NCBI RefSeq assembly: GCF_963921235.1
Contig: NC_086097.1
Location: 252,962,001-253,026,000 of the forward strand
Direction of reading: 5' to 3'
DNA from: Mobula hypostoma
Lineage: Eukaryota
DNA: 64,000 nt
Shown here: one piece after another, positions 21,379 to 34,575 of the stretch
How positions within the stretch are numbered: position 1 is the first letter of the stretch
Layout: each line of letters opens with the position of its first letter
Translations under genes and position numbers: made by a program
The notes under the pieces: model-generated
What the model saw: only the letters and a program-made list of their open reading frames with translations
Told to the model about the DNA's origin: nothing
Database searches by the model: none

Positions 21379-23350
21379 CTCTTTTTCTTACAGAAACATC
21401 TGCATGATGCTAAGCTAGGGCGCATCATCAGTGATGCTACCTGGGGTTGTTAAGTGTTTCGGGTCTTTCAACATCATACACCCTCGCCCAGGTGACCCGA
21501 CCAGGGTTGATCAGACCATGGCCTGTACCCTAGCAGCAACCCACCGATCTGCTCTCCTTATCCAGAGCCATCTTGACACTTGCTGCATCTGTGGTGGTAG
21601 AAATGGCTCTCCTTCTCTCTCCCGTGATTCCAAGTGCAATGTATACCTTGCAGAGCGACTGGCCTGCAAAGCCACGACACCCGACCTCCACGGGCCAACA
21701 CTTTGCTCTCCAGCCTCTTTGGCAGTTGTTCTTCAGATCTTCATACTTGGCTCTTTTCCGCTCGTAGGCCTCCTCCATCCGTTCTTCCCACGGCACGGTA
21801 AGCTCGAACATGAGAACGTGCTTCGATGAGTCGGACCACAACACAAAGTCGGGCCACAATGTAGTCTGTGATGTGGGAAGGAAACTGCAGCTGTTTTCCC
21901 AGATCTGCTTTCAGCTTCTGGTCCTGCACAGTGAAGAACAACCCGGTTGCTTTCTGGTGTCCTGTTGGTCTTTCCCCTCTGACAAAGCAGGTGGTGTTCT
22001 TGACCAGACCTGTTTTCTGGCAGATGTTAAGGGTGCTGCAGATTGTCTCAGCAAGTGACTGGAGGACCTGGTCATGCCGCCACCGATAATGGCCATTGGC
22101 AAGAGCTCTGGGGCAGCAGCACAGAATATGCTCTAGTGTACCGGTCTTCTCACGGGGAAAGCTGGTCGTTCTGCAGGGCCCAGCAGTGCAGGTTGGATGG
22201 GCTAGGACGGATGTCATAAACAGCCTGGATGAGGAACTTGATGCGGTGTGGATCCACCTTCCAGAGATCGTTCCATGTGATCTTTCGCTCGATCTCCTGC
22301 TCCCATTTGGTCCAGGCTCCTTGCTGTTTCATTGCCACTGCTCTGCTGGTCCTCTCCTCCTCCACAGCTGCCCTTACTTCATTCTGAACCAGTTCTCATC
22401 ACTCTTTCCCTTGTACTTTGTCAAAATGGGGGACTTCAAGGCTTCCAGGTCCAGCTCTTCCCTTGGTGACTACCCCCACCAGCACTTTGTGGTGTAGTCG
22501 CGCCTCAGCTTCTTCCACTACAGCTCCTGCTCTCCACTCTCTTCCAGTTCTCACTGCCACTCCTGCTCTGGCAACCTTTGGATCTGAAGATTCCCGGAAT
22601 AGCAGCACCTCTCTTGCTCACAAAACCTTGAACTCCTCCTCGATGGATTTCAGGGGGAGCCTCAGTTTGCAGTTATTCCTGTACAGAGCGATGCTGCTGA
22701 TGTTCCTTGGTAAACCCAGCCATTTTCGCAGGAACCGGCTGACTATCCTCTCTAATTCAGCAACAGTGGAAACTGGAAACTCTTAGAGAAGCAGTGGCCA
22801 GAGGATTCTTGGTAGTGTACTGTGCTGGTAAATCCATGCCTTAAACTGCCCAGGAAGGCCCATCCTGTCAACCTCCTGCAACCATTGTTCAAACTCCCCA
22901 CAGGTGTTTCTTATTGCCGCCTTATCTCTGAGTGTTGCATCAAACATCTTCCCAAGACTTTTAACAGGGTTCTCTGAGATGGTAGGAATTGGAATGTCCT
23001 CAGTAGAGAAATGAAATCTCTCCTGTACTCTTCCCTCCTTCAGCACTGCAGATCTTGATTTTGGAGGCTTAAAGGACCTCCTTGCCCACCTCATCAACCT
23101 TTCCAGCCCCTTAAGAATCCACCTAGCACCAGGCACTGACTCCGTAGTGATAGTCAGATCATCCACGAAGGCTCGTATTGGTGGTTGGTGGATCCTAGAT
23201 GGTGATTTCGGGCCTTGACACTGGCTCTGCAGATTTTACCAGCGTGTTCATTGCCAGGGTGAAGAGAATGACGGAGATGGTGCAGCCTGTGATGATACCA
23301 ATCTCCAGCCTGCACCAGTCTGATGTTATTGGTCCTGTTGAGACTCTCGG
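21379..23350 (-). mobile_element. 5'-truncated HERO-like non-LTR retrotransposon (RT + CCHC zinc knuckle + restriction-like endonuclease), pseudogenised
   Basis: RT: GIITGCTISVILF...PPIRAFVDDLTIT. Zn knuckle region: GTLEHILCCC...YRWRHDQVL. RLE: PDFVLWS...ELTVPWEE...ERKRAKY...PVEVGCRGF. Several frameshifts. Confidence 0.85.
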
Positions 23351-23388
23351 GTCCTTCATTCCTTCAGGGCACTCCTCTGTTTTTGTGG

Positions 23389-24355
23389 TGTGACAAAAGA
23401 GCCAGTTATCAGAAGATTGATCCGATAAGAGGACAATGGGGGAACATGCAAGGTGATAATAAGAGAGAGACGAGAGAGATTACCGAAAGGAGACACGGTT
23501 CCGAGTATTGTCAGAGACCGGTGGCTTTGAACCCTGAACTGTTTGAAGTTTGATGGACAGGCGATACCCCAGCAGGGGGATAAAAAGGGACAGGGTCGCT
23601 AAGACAACAGACACACGACTCCACAAGGAAACGAGACCTTGGAAGCGGTGTGCCCCCCCCCCACAAGTTGGTGGGAGTTTTGGAAGTCTGATCGCGGGAC
23701 CAGCCATAGACGCACAGCGTGGAAAGATACGGTCGGGTGGGAACCTGGTGTGTGTGTCCGCCCTTGCCTGGGTGCCTGGTTCACCGCAGAAAAACGATCG
23801 TATCTGGAACGGAGGGGTCACCGTCGGTGACCTCAGAAGACATTACAAAGGGCTCGCCCGAAAGCTAACTGCGAGGAATATCGAAGGTCTGTTTGGAATC
23901 CGATTTGCATATTCATTTGTTCGTTCTCTCTCTGTCTCTCTGTCTCTCTGTCTCTCTGTCTCTCTGTCTCTCTGTCTCTCTGTCTCTCTGTCTCTCTGTC
24001 TCTCTGTCTCTCTGTCTCTCTGTCTCTCTGTCTCTCTGTCTCTCTGTCTCTCTGTCTCTCTGTCTCTCTCTCCCCTCCTCACCACAACAGCGATTACTGC
24101 GAACTGAACTGAACTTTGCATCACTTGAAACTGATCATTTACCCCTAGACTGCGATAGAGCTTGATTGATCCTATTATCCTAGTTCTGTGTACATGTGTG
24201 TTTTATCATTGCTAAACTGTTGCATTTATATCCTTTTGATTAGAGTACTGTGTTGCTTATTTCTTTAATAAAACTTTCTTAGTTCCAGTAATCCAGACTC
24301 CAACTGAGTGATCCATTTCTGTTGGTTTGGCAACCCAGTTACAGGGTACGTAACA
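23389..24355 (+). mobile_element. Solo LTR (Gypsy-like) with 4-bp TSD
   Basis: Termini TGTGAC...GTAACA. TSD GTGG at 23385-23388 and 24356-24359. TATA-like GGATAAAAAGG ~23578 and AATAAA ~24267. CpG-rich, so probably young. Confidence 0.9.
23925..24072 (+). repeat. (TCTCTCTG)n microsatellite inside the LTR
   Basis: Near-perfect 8-bp tandem units. Confidence 0.95.
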
Positions 24356-24437
24356 GTGGACGTTTGAGAAGAAAAGGCATTTCAGGATTTATATTGTATA
24401 CATTTCTCTGACATTAAATGTACCTTTGAAACCTTCA

Positions 24438-24475
24438 CAGTCCTGACGAAGGGTTCCGGCCCGAAACGTCGACTG
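24438..24475 (+). ncRNA. Minimal type I hammerhead ribozyme in a ~100-bp Penelope-like insertion (24436-24537)
   Basis: CAGTC-CTGACGA-A-GGG-TTCCGG-CCC-GAAAC-GTC-GACTG. Stem I CAGTC/GACTG, stem II GGG/CCC, palindromic ACGT helix III. Predicted cleavage after C24470. Confidence 0.8.
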
Positions 24476-24537
24476 ATCTTTTCCATGGATGCTGCCCGAC
24501 CTGCTGAGTTCCTCCAGCGTGTTGTGAGTGTTGTTTT

Positions 24538-27500
24538 AAACTATCAACTTCCACCTTAAATATACACACAGACTTGGCCTCCACCACAGTCTGTGGCAGA
24601 GCATTCCACAGATTTACTGCTCTCTGGCTTTTTAAAAAAAAAAAAAAAAAAAAATCCTCCTTACCTCTGTTGTAAAAGGTTTCCCCCTCAGTTTTGAGGC
24701 TGTGCTCTCTGTTCTTGTTCCCCACCATAGGAAACATCCTCTCCACATCCATCCTATCTAGTCCTTACAATATTCAGTAGGATTCAGTGAAATTCCCTGC
24801 ATTCTTCTAAATTCCAGTGAGTACTAAAGGCTCAGCATTATCTTCTTGCTTTTATACTCTATTCCTCTTGAAATAAATACCAACGTTGCATTTGCCGCCT
24901 TTACCACAGACTCAACCTCTGAATTAACCTTCTGGGAGTCTTGCATGAGGACTCCTAAGTCCCTCTGCACCTCTGATAATTGAATCTTCTCCCCACTTAG
25001 ATAGTAGTCCGCACTATTATTCCTTTTACCAAAATGCATTATCATATATTGCCCAACACTGCCACATTTTTTGCCTATTCTTCCAATTTGTCCAAGTCCT
25101 GCTGTAATCGCATTGCTTCCTCAGCCCTACCTACACCTCCACCTACCTTTGTATCATCCGTAATCTTTGCCACAAAACCATCACCTCCATTATCTAAATC
25201 ATTGACAAACATTGACAAACAATGTGAAAAGTAGCAGTCCCAATACTGACCCCTGAGGAACACCACTAGTCTCCACTGGCAACCAGAAAAGGGCCCTTGT
25301 TGCCCCCTGCCTGTCAGCTATTCTGCTATCCATACCAGTATCTTTCCTGTAACACCATCAGATTTTATCTTGTTAAGCAGCCTCATGTGAGGCACCTTAT
25401 CAAATGCCTTCTGAAAATCAAGTAAATGACATCCAACTGCCTGTCCTTTGTCCACCCTGCTTGTTACTTTCTCGAAGACCTCTAATAGATTTGTCAGGCA
25501 GGATTTCCTGATTTTGACTGACTTTATCATTAGTCTCCAAGTACCTCGAAACCTCATCCTTAACAATAGACACCAACACTTTCCCAACCACTGAGGTTAG
25601 GCTAACTCTCTTGTAATTTCCTTTCTTTTACCTTCCTCGTTTTTTAAAGAGTGGAGTTAAATTTCCAAACTTCCAGTGCTCCAGGACCATGCCAGAATCA
25701 AGTGATTCTTGAAAGATCATGACCAATGCATCAGCTATCTCTCCAGCAACCCCTCTCAGAACTCTGGGATGAAGTCTATCCGGGTCTGGCCCAGGTAACT
25801 TATCCACCTTAAGACTCTTGAGTTTGCCTAGCACTTTCTCCTTTGTAATAGCAATGACACTCACTCCTGCTCCCTGACACTCATGGACCTCTGGCACACT
25901 GCTAGTGTCTTCCACAGTGAAGACTGATGCAAAGTACCCATTAAGTTCATCTGCCATTTCTTTGTCCCCCATTACTACCTCACCAGAGTTAATTTCCAGT
26001 TCTCCAATATCATCTCTCACCACCCTTTTATTCTTTATATAACTGAAAATTTTTGGTATCCTGCTTTGTTTTTGGCTTGTCTGCCCAAATATTTCATCTT
26101 TTCCCTTGTATCTCTTTTAGTTGCCTTTAGTTGGATTTTAAAAGCTTCCTAGTCATTCAACCACCTACTCATTTTATATAAGGTAGCAAAGGTAGCCCTT
26201 TCCTGGGCTTTGATGCAGTCCCTAACTTTATCAGCCACGGTTGCTGACCCCTGCCATTTGAGAACAACTTCTTCTGAGACATATCTATCCTGCTCCTTGT
26301 GAACTATTCCCGGAAACTTCAGCCACCTCTGTTCTGCTGTCATCCCCACCAGTGTCCGCCAATCCACCTGGGCAAGGTCTGCTCTCATGCCTCTGTAATT
26401 CCCTTTATTCCATTGCGATATTGACTCATGTGACTTATGCTCCTCCCTCTCAAATTGCAGTATGAATTCAATCTCATTATGATCACTGTCTCCTGAGGGT
26501 TCCTTTACCTTATGCTCCCAAATAAGATCTGAGTTATTACACAACACCCAATTTAAGATGGCCTTTTCCCATGTAGGCTCAAACACAAACTACTCTTAAA
26601 AAGCCATCACGCAGGCATTCAAAAAAAAGTTCTCTTGCCATCCAATACCAATCTGATTTTCCCAATCACCTTGCATGTTGAATTCCCCCATTTACAATTC
26701 TGTCATTACCCATACTGCATGCCCTTTCCAGCTCCCTTTGCAATCTCAACCCCACATCTTGGCTGCTACTTGGAGGCCTATATATAATTCCCAAATTGTT
26801 TTTTTACCCTTGAAATTTCTTAACTCCACCCACAAAGATTAAACATTCTCTGACTCTTTATCACCTCTTTCTAAAGATGTAATTCCATCTCTTACCAACA
26901 GAGCCACACCACAGCCTATGCCTTTCTGTCTGTCCTTTTGATACAAAATATATCCTTTGATGTTAAGTTCCCAACAATGACCTTCTTTCAACCACGACTC
27001 AGTGATGCCCACAATGTTATACCAACCGATCTCTAATTGTGTCGAGTTTGTCCACCTTTTTCTGAATGCTACACACATTTAATTACAGCACCTTCAGGCT
27101 TGCATTCTTGAGTTTTGAATTTTGCCTCTGTGATACAATTTAACTTTTTGCTCTGTCTACATTTGTACCCAATCATTATCTTGCCCTTCCTTGCGTTCAT
27201 ATTACATATTACATCATCTACTTGTAAACCTACTGGCTTATCCTCAGCTCTGTCATACTGGTCCCTATCCTCCCGCCATAATTAGTTTAAACCACTCCCA
27301 ACAGCCTGTCAGGATATTGGCCCCTCTCTGATTCAAGTGCAACCTCTCCCTTTTGTACAGGTCACACCTGTCCCAGAGGAGATCTCAATTATCCAGAAAT
27401 CTGAATCCCTGCCCCCTGCTCCAATTCTCCAGCCACGCATTTATCCTCCACCTCATTCTATTCCTATCTTCACTGTCACTTGGCACAGGCAGCAATCCCT

Positions 27501-28020
27501 AGGTTACTACCTTTGAGGTCCTGCTTCTCAGCTTCCTTCCTAACTCCCTGTATTCCTTTTTCAAGACCTCCTCCCTTTTTCTTCCTATGTTGTTGGTATC
27601 AATACGTACCATGATCTCTGGTTGCTCACCCTCCCTTGTCCAGATAGCGTGCACACGTCCAGAAACCTCGCCGACCCTGGCATCTGTGAGGAAAACTACC
27701 ATCCGTGTTTCCTTGCATCCACAGAATGACCTGTCTGTCCACCTAACCATAGAGTCCACTATTTCTGCTGCCATCCTCTCTGTTCATCCTCCCTCCTGAG
27801 TCACAGGGCCAGAATCCATGCCAGAGGCATGGTCACTGTTGCTTTCCCTGGTAGGTTCCCCCACCACCACCCCCCAGTCGTACTGAAAATGGTGTACTTA
27901 TTGTTGAGGGGGATGCCCACATGGGTGCTCTCCACTATCTGTTGTTCCCTCTTCCCTCTCTTGACAGACACCCATTTATCTGTCTCCTGTAGCTCTGGGG
28001 TAACTATCTTCCTGTAGTTC
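24538..28020 (-). mobile_element. Long decayed CR1 LINE (ORF1 esterase, APE endonuclease, RT, 3' UTR)
   Basis: ORF1 DSMVR...DTNNIGRKREEVL; endonuclease VGITESWL, GVALLV and SDHN; RT LDFQKAFDKVPH and ITDDTK. Confidence 0.9.
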
Positions 28021-28214
28021 CTGTCTATTTTTATCCAATAGATTTCAATGAGATCCCCCCTCATTCTTCTAAACTCAAGTGAGTATGGACCCAGAGCCAT
28101 CAAACATTCCCGATACCCTTTCATTTCTGGGATTGTTCTCGTGAACCTCCTCTGGAACCTCTCCAATGTCAGCTCATCCTTTCTTGGATAATTCTGCTCA
28201 CAATATTCCTCCTC

Positions 28215-28695
28215 TACTGTCATGATCAGGGCACACTCGGGTCTGGGTAGCCTCCAACCTGGTGGCATGAACATCAATTTCTTCAACTTCAGGTAATGCT
28301 CCCACACCTCTCCTTCACCATTCCCCATTCTCATTTTCCTCCCTTATCTGCCCATCGCCTCCCTCTGGTGCTCTTCCCCTTCTCTTTCTTCCATGGTCTT
28401 CTGCCCTCTCCGATCAGATTCCCCATTCTCTGGCCCTGTATCTCTTTCACCAGTCAACTTCCCAGCTCTTTACTTCCCCCACCCCTCCCGGTTTCACTTA
28501 TCATCCTGTGTTTCTTCATCTCCTCCTCTGTTTCTTCAACTTTGACTCCTCATCTTTCTTTCTCCCATCCTACTGAAGGGTCTTGGCCTGAAACGTTGAC
28601 TGTACTCTTTTCCATAAATGCCTGACCTGATGAGCTCCTCCAGCGTTTTGCATATGTTACTTAGATTTCCAGCATCTGCAGATTTTGTCTTATTT
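28215..28695 (+). mobile_element. Penelope-like element 3' fragment
   Basis: Contains ctgggtagcctccaacctggtggcatgaacatc, a pyrimidine tract and a degenerate hammerhead at ~28566-28602. Confidence 0.7.
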
Positions 28696-28739
28696 GTAAA
28701 TTAAATCACCACTTGTGCTGGCAGCTCACCAACAGTTTT

Positions 28740-29210
28740 ACTGTTACTGGCGCTGTCATAAATAATGTGTACTGGGTGGTAACGGTGTTCAGATGTCTCA
28801 CAGCCTGTGGGAAGAAGCTGTTACCCTGCCTAACAGGCCTTGTTCTCATCCTGTGGTTCCTTCTCCATGATGATAGGATGTCAAAGGGATTGTGGGACGG
28901 GTGGGAGGTGTGCTTTCTTGTCTAAAGAGTTGGTGTTGAGGGACCATGTGAGATCATCTGTGATGTGCATGGCAAGAAAGGTCCTCCTAACTCTCTCTAC
29001 GGAAGTGCAGTTTACATGCAGTGAGAAGTGGTCGGCCTGTACCTTCCTGAAGTCCACCATTATCTCTTTAGTCTTGTCCACATTGAAACTCAAGTTGTTG
29101 TGTTCACACCAACCCACAAGCCGCTCTACATTCTCCCTGTACACCGACTTATCGTCGTTGATGAGGAGGCAACTGACATCAGCAAACTCAGTGATGGGCT
29201 TAGATCTATA
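28740..29210 (-). mobile_element. Rex/Babar-like LINE RT fragment
   Basis: EFADVS...YRENVERLVGWCEHNNLSFNVDKTKEIMVDFRK. Confidence 0.8.
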
Positions 29211-29724
29211 CTCTTGTGTGCAGTGACTCTTTGTAAAGATTAAGATCCTGTTGGTAATATTACCAACTTTTTTTGATCTGACCCGCCACTTTAAAAAAAA
29301 AACAACTACTTGCATATACCCAAAGCATTCTCTGTACATTGAAATATACAGTGATGTGCATCAAATCAGTGAGGATCATGTGGGAGCAGGCCACAAATGT
29401 CACCACACAGGCAGTGCCAACACAGCATACCCTAACCATATGTCTTTGGAAAATGGGAGGAGACAGCCTGTTGGCAATAGGGTCAGAAATGGGACCAGAC
29501 TCAGTGTCCTGCCGTATCCTCACATGAAGCACACTATCCAGGACATCCCTGTGGAGTGTTGGAGAACGAAGATGTGATGAGTGGTAATGAGGTGGGAGAG
29601 TAGGGTCAGGGAGCCTCATACTCTCACTACATCATGAACCAAAGAGCTTGGGGGATGGCAGCTCAGTATATCAGTCAGATTCAGCATCATTTATTTATAA
29701 TATGGGATCCTCGATTTCCTCACT

Positions 29725-31615
29725 TGCAGACCACAGTCAGTTTGGATTGGCAACAAAATCTCCACCACAATCTCCATCAGCACAGGTGCACCACAAGGCT
29801 GTGTGCTTAGCCCCCTGTTTTACTCCTTTCATATTTATGACTATGTGGCTAAGCTCAGCTCCAATGCTGAATTCAAGTTTGCTGATGACACCATTGTCGT
29901 AGGCCAATTCAAATGTGGGGACAAAATGGCATATGGGAGGGAGATTGAAAATCTGACTGAGTGGTGTCATACAACAACCTCTCACTCATAGCCAGCAGAC
30001 GCAAGGAGCTGAATATTGACATCAGAAGAAGTAAACCAGAGGTTCATGAGCCAGTCCTCACTGGGGAATCAGAGGTGGAGAGGGTCAGCAACTTTAAATT
30101 CCTCTGCGTTTCTATTTCAGAGGACCTGTCCTGGGCCCAGTACATAAGGACAATTATGAAGAAATCAGTAGTGCCTCAACTTTGGAAACTTGCATCCATC
30201 ATCAAGGACCCCCAGCACCCAGGTTATGCTCACTTCTTGCTGCTACCATCGGGAAGGAGGTACAGGAGCTTTAGGACCCACACCATCGTGTTCAGGAATA
30301 GTTATTACCCCTCAACCATCAGGCTCTTGAACCAACTTCACTCAGCTTACCTGCTCCATCACTGAACTGCTCCCACAACCCAAGGACTCTTCATCTCAGG
30401 TTCTCGATATTTATTGCTTATCTAGTTTATTTTTATTTTTATATTTGTATAGTCTTTTCACGTTGATTGTCCGCCCTGATGATGCAGTCTTTCATTGATT
30501 CTATTATGGTTGTTGGATTTATTGAGTAGGCCTGCAAGAAAACGAATCTCAGGGTTGTATAGTCATTGTCATACTTTATTGATCCTGGGGGAAATTGTTT
30601 TTTTGTTACAGTTGCACCATAAATAATTAAATAGCAATAAAACCATAAATAGTTAAATAGTAATATGTACATTACGCCAGGAAATAAGTCCAGGACCAGC
30701 CTATTGGCTCAGGGTGTCTGACCCTCCAAGGGAGGAGTTGTAAAGTTTGATGGCCACAGGCAGGAATGACTTCCTATGACGCTCTGTGTTGCATCTCGGA
30801 GGAGTGAGTCTCTGGCTGAATGTACTCCTGTGCCCAACCAGTACATTATGTAGTGGATGGGAGACATTGTCCAAGATGACATGCAACTTGGACAGTATCC
30901 TCTTTTCAGACACCACCGTGAGAGAGTCCAGTTCCATCCCCACAACATCACTGGCCTTACGAATGAGTTTGTTGATTCTGTTGGTGTCTGCTACCCTCAG
31001 CCTGCTGCCCCAGCACACAACAGCAAACATGATCGCACTGGCCACCACAGACTCGTAGAACATCCTCAGCATCGTCCGGCAGATGTTAAAGGAGCTCAGT
31101 CTCCTCAGGAAATAGAGACGGCTCTAACCCTTGTAGACAGCCTCAGTGTTCTTTGACCAGTCCAGTTTATTGTCAATTCGTATCCCCAGGTATTTGTAAT
31201 CCTCCACCATGTCCACACTGACCCCCTGGATGGAAACAGGGGTCACCGGTACCTTAGCTCTCCTCAGGTCTACCACCAGCTCCTTAGTCTTTTTCACATT
31301 AAGCTGCAGATAATTCTGCTCACACCATGTGACAAAGTTTCCTACAATGGCCCTGTACTCAGCCTCATCTCCCTTGCTGATGCATCCAACTATGGCAGAG
31401 TCATCAGAAAACTTCAGAAGGTGACAAGACTCTGTGCAGTAGTTGAAGTCCTAGGTGTAAATGGTGAAGAGAAAGGGAGACAAGACAGTCCCCTGTGGAG
31501 CCCCAGTGCTGTTGATCACTCTGTCAGACACAGTGTTGCAAGCACACGTACTGTGGTTGTATATGGTGACATTTACTGTATGTACTTTGACAATAAATTT
31601 CCTTTGAACTTTGAA
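29725..31615 (+). mobile_element. Rex/Babar-like LINE (29725-30561, tail 31564-31615) interrupted by another LINE
   Basis: [18 protein letters not shown] and RRYRSFRTHT. The 3' UTR resumes after the duplicated GGTTGTATA. Confidence 0.8.
30562..31554 (-). mobile_element. Young 5'-truncated Rex1/Babar-like LINE
   Basis: STGAPQGTVLSPFLFTIYT...KFSDD...MFYESVVASAIMFAVVCWG...RKSFLPVAIKLYN. 9-bp TSD GGTTGTATA (30553-30561 / 31555-31563). Confidence 0.85.
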
Positions 31616-34575
31616 TATTTCACTGGCAGGAGGCAAAAAGTGGCAATAAAGGGGACCTATTCTGGTTCGTTGTGGGTGCTAGTGGTGTTCCACAGTGGCT
31701 AGTGTTGGGAACGATTCTTTTTACTTTACATATCAATGATTTGGATGAAGGATTTGAAGACTAATTGGCCAAGTTTAATTCTATTTATTTACTTATTGAG
31801 ATACAGTGGGAATAGTCCCAGACCTTCATAAGAATGATTCAGTGAATGAAAGGGTTAATGTATGAAGAGTGTTTGTTGGCTGTGGGTCTGTACTCACTGG
31901 AGTTTAGAAAAACAAGGGGAGATCTCACTGAAATGTATCAAATATTGAGAGGCTCAGATAGAAACGATGTGGAGAGGATGTTTCCTATATTGTGGCGTCT
32001 AGGACTAGGGGGCACAGCCTCAGAATATAGGACGTCCATTTAGAACAGAGATGAGGAGGAATTTCTTGAGCCATAGGATGGTGAATCTGTGGAATTCATT
32101 GGCACAAATGGATGTGCAGGCCAGGTCATTGGTTATATTTAATGCAGACACTGATTAGCTCTTGATTAATCAGGGAATCAAATGTTTTGGGAAGAAGGCA
32201 GGAGAATGGGGTTGAAAGGGTCAATAATTCAGCCATCATGGAATGGCACAGCAGATTTGAAAGGCCAAATGGCCTAATTATGCTGTTTTGTATGAGCCCT
32301 CTATAGGATCAGCTATTCTGGAATGGGTGTTCTGCAATGAACTAGAATTGATTAGAGAGCTTAAGGTAAAAGAACCCTTAGAGGAAAGTAATCACAATAT
32401 GATCGAATTCACCCTGAAATTTGAGAAGGAGAAGCTAAAGTCAGATGTATCAGTATTACAGTGGAGTAAAGGAAATTACAGAGGCGTGAGAGAGGAGCTG
32501 GCCAGAATTGATTGGAAAAGAACACTGGCAGGGATGATGGCAGAGCAGCAATGGCTGGAATTTCTAGATAGGATTTGGAAGGCACAGGATATATACAGAA
32601 CAAAGAGGAAGAATTATTCTAAAGGAAAGATGACACAACCTTGGCTAACAAGAGAAGTCAAAGCCAACATAAAAGCCAAAGAGGGGGCATATAATAGATC
32701 AAAAAATAGTATGAAGTTGGAGGATGGGGAAGCTTCTAAAAACCAACAGAAGGCAACTAAAAAAGCAATTAAGAGTTTAAAGATGGAATATGAAAGTAAG
32801 CTAGCCAATAATAAAGAGGAGACCAAAGGTTTCTTCAGATACTTAGAGTAAAAGAGAGGTGAGAGAGCATATTGGACTGCTGGAAAATGAAGCTGGAGAG
32901 GTAGTATTGGGGGCAAGGAAATATCAGATGAACCGAATAAATATTTTGCTTTAGTCTTCACTGTGGAAGATGGTGGAAGTTCCAGGTGTCAGGGATTATG
33001 AAGTGTGCGAAGTTACCATAACTAGACAGGAGGTTCTTGGGAAACTGAAAGGGTCTGAAGGCAGATAAGTCACCTGGACCCAGGGTTCTGAAAGAGGTGG
33101 CTGAAGAGATTATAGAGGTGTTAGTAATGATATTGCAAGAATCACTAGATTCTGGAATTGTTGTGGAAGACTGGAAAATTGCAAATGTCACTCCACTCTT
33201 CAAGAAGGGAGGGAGAAAAAAGAAATTATAGGCCAGTTATTCCGACCTCAGTGGTTGGGATGATGTTGAAGTTGATTATTGAGGATATCATGTTGGGGTA
33301 ATTGGACGTTGTAGTCAGAATGGTTTCCTTGAGGGAAAATCTTGCCTGACAAATCTGTTTGAATTCTTTAAAGAAATAACAAATAGGATAGACAGAGGAG
33401 AATCGGTTGATGTTGTCTACTTGGATTTTCAGAAGGCCTTTGACAAGGTGCCACACCTGAGGCTGCTTAACAAGTTGCCCATGATGTCAAAGGAAAGATT
33501 CTAGCATGGATAATGTAATGGCTGATAGGCAGGAGGCAAAGAGTGGGAATAAAGAGTGGAGCATTTTCTAGCTAGCTGCCAGTGACAAATGGTTTTCCAC
33601 AGGGGCTGAGTTGGGACCACTTCTTTGTACGTTATATGTCACAATGACTTGAATGATGGAAATGAAGGTTTTGTAGCCAAGTTTGCAGATGATACAAAGA
33701 TAGATGCAGGGCAGGTAGCTTTGAGGAAGTAGAGAGGCTACAGAAGGACCTAGAAAAATTAGGAAAATGGGTAAAGAAGTGACAGATGGAATACACTGTT
33801 GGGAACTGAATGGTCATGCACTTTGGTAGAAGTAATGAAAGGGTTGAGTATTTTCGAAATGGAGAGAAAATGCAAAAAACTGGGGTGCAAAGGGATTTGA
33901 GAGTCCTTGTGCAGGATTCCCTAAAGGTTGAGTCTGTGGTGAGGAAGGCAAATGCGATCTTAAAATTCATTTCAAAAGGACTAAAAATATAAAAGCTAGG
34001 AAGTAATGTTGAGACTTCATAAAGACTGCTGGGGCCACACTTGAAGAATTGTGAGTAGTTTTTGGCCCCTTTTCTTAGAAAGATGTGCTGAAACTGGAGA
34101 GGGTTCAAAGGAGATTCATAAAAATGATTCCAGGATTGAATGGCTTGTTATTTGAAGAGCGTTTGATGGCTCTGGGCCTGTATTCACTGAAATTCAGGAG
34201 GATGAGGGGTGACCTAACTGAGACCTATTGAACGGTGAGAGGCATTGATAGCATGGATGTGGAGAGGATGCTTCCTATGGTGGGAGAGTCTAAGACCAGA
34301 GGACACAGCCTCAGAGTAAAGGGGTGTCCTATAAAAATGGAGATGAAGAAGAATTTCTTCAGCCAGAGAGTGGTGAATCTAGAATTCATTGCCACAGGCA
34401 GTTGTGGAGGCCAAGTTTTTAAGACCGAGTTGGTAGATTCTTGATTAGTCAGGCCATGAAGGGAAAGAGCAGGAGGTTGGGGCTGAGAGGAAAATCAGAT
34501 CAGCCATGATGAAATGGCGGAGCAGACTCGATGGGCCAAATGGCCTCATTCTGTTCCTATATCTTATGGTCTAAA
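31616..34575 (+). mobile_element. Two decayed CR1 LINEs in tandem (~31616-32290 and ~32290-34575)
   Basis: SAILEWVF...HNMIEF, PWLTREVK, YLDFQKAFDKVPH and KFADD motifs, with 3' UTR. Confidence 0.9.

Noticed and set aside
21400..21500. Hammerhead-like GAAAC and CTGATGA motifs in the HERO-like 3' UTR (minus strand)
   Set aside because: I could not build stems I-III around the motifs.
23550..24165. 185-aa, 93-aa and 90-aa ORFs with SLSLCL/RDRETE repeats
   Set aside because: They are translations of the (TCTCTCTG)n microsatellite inside a solo LTR.
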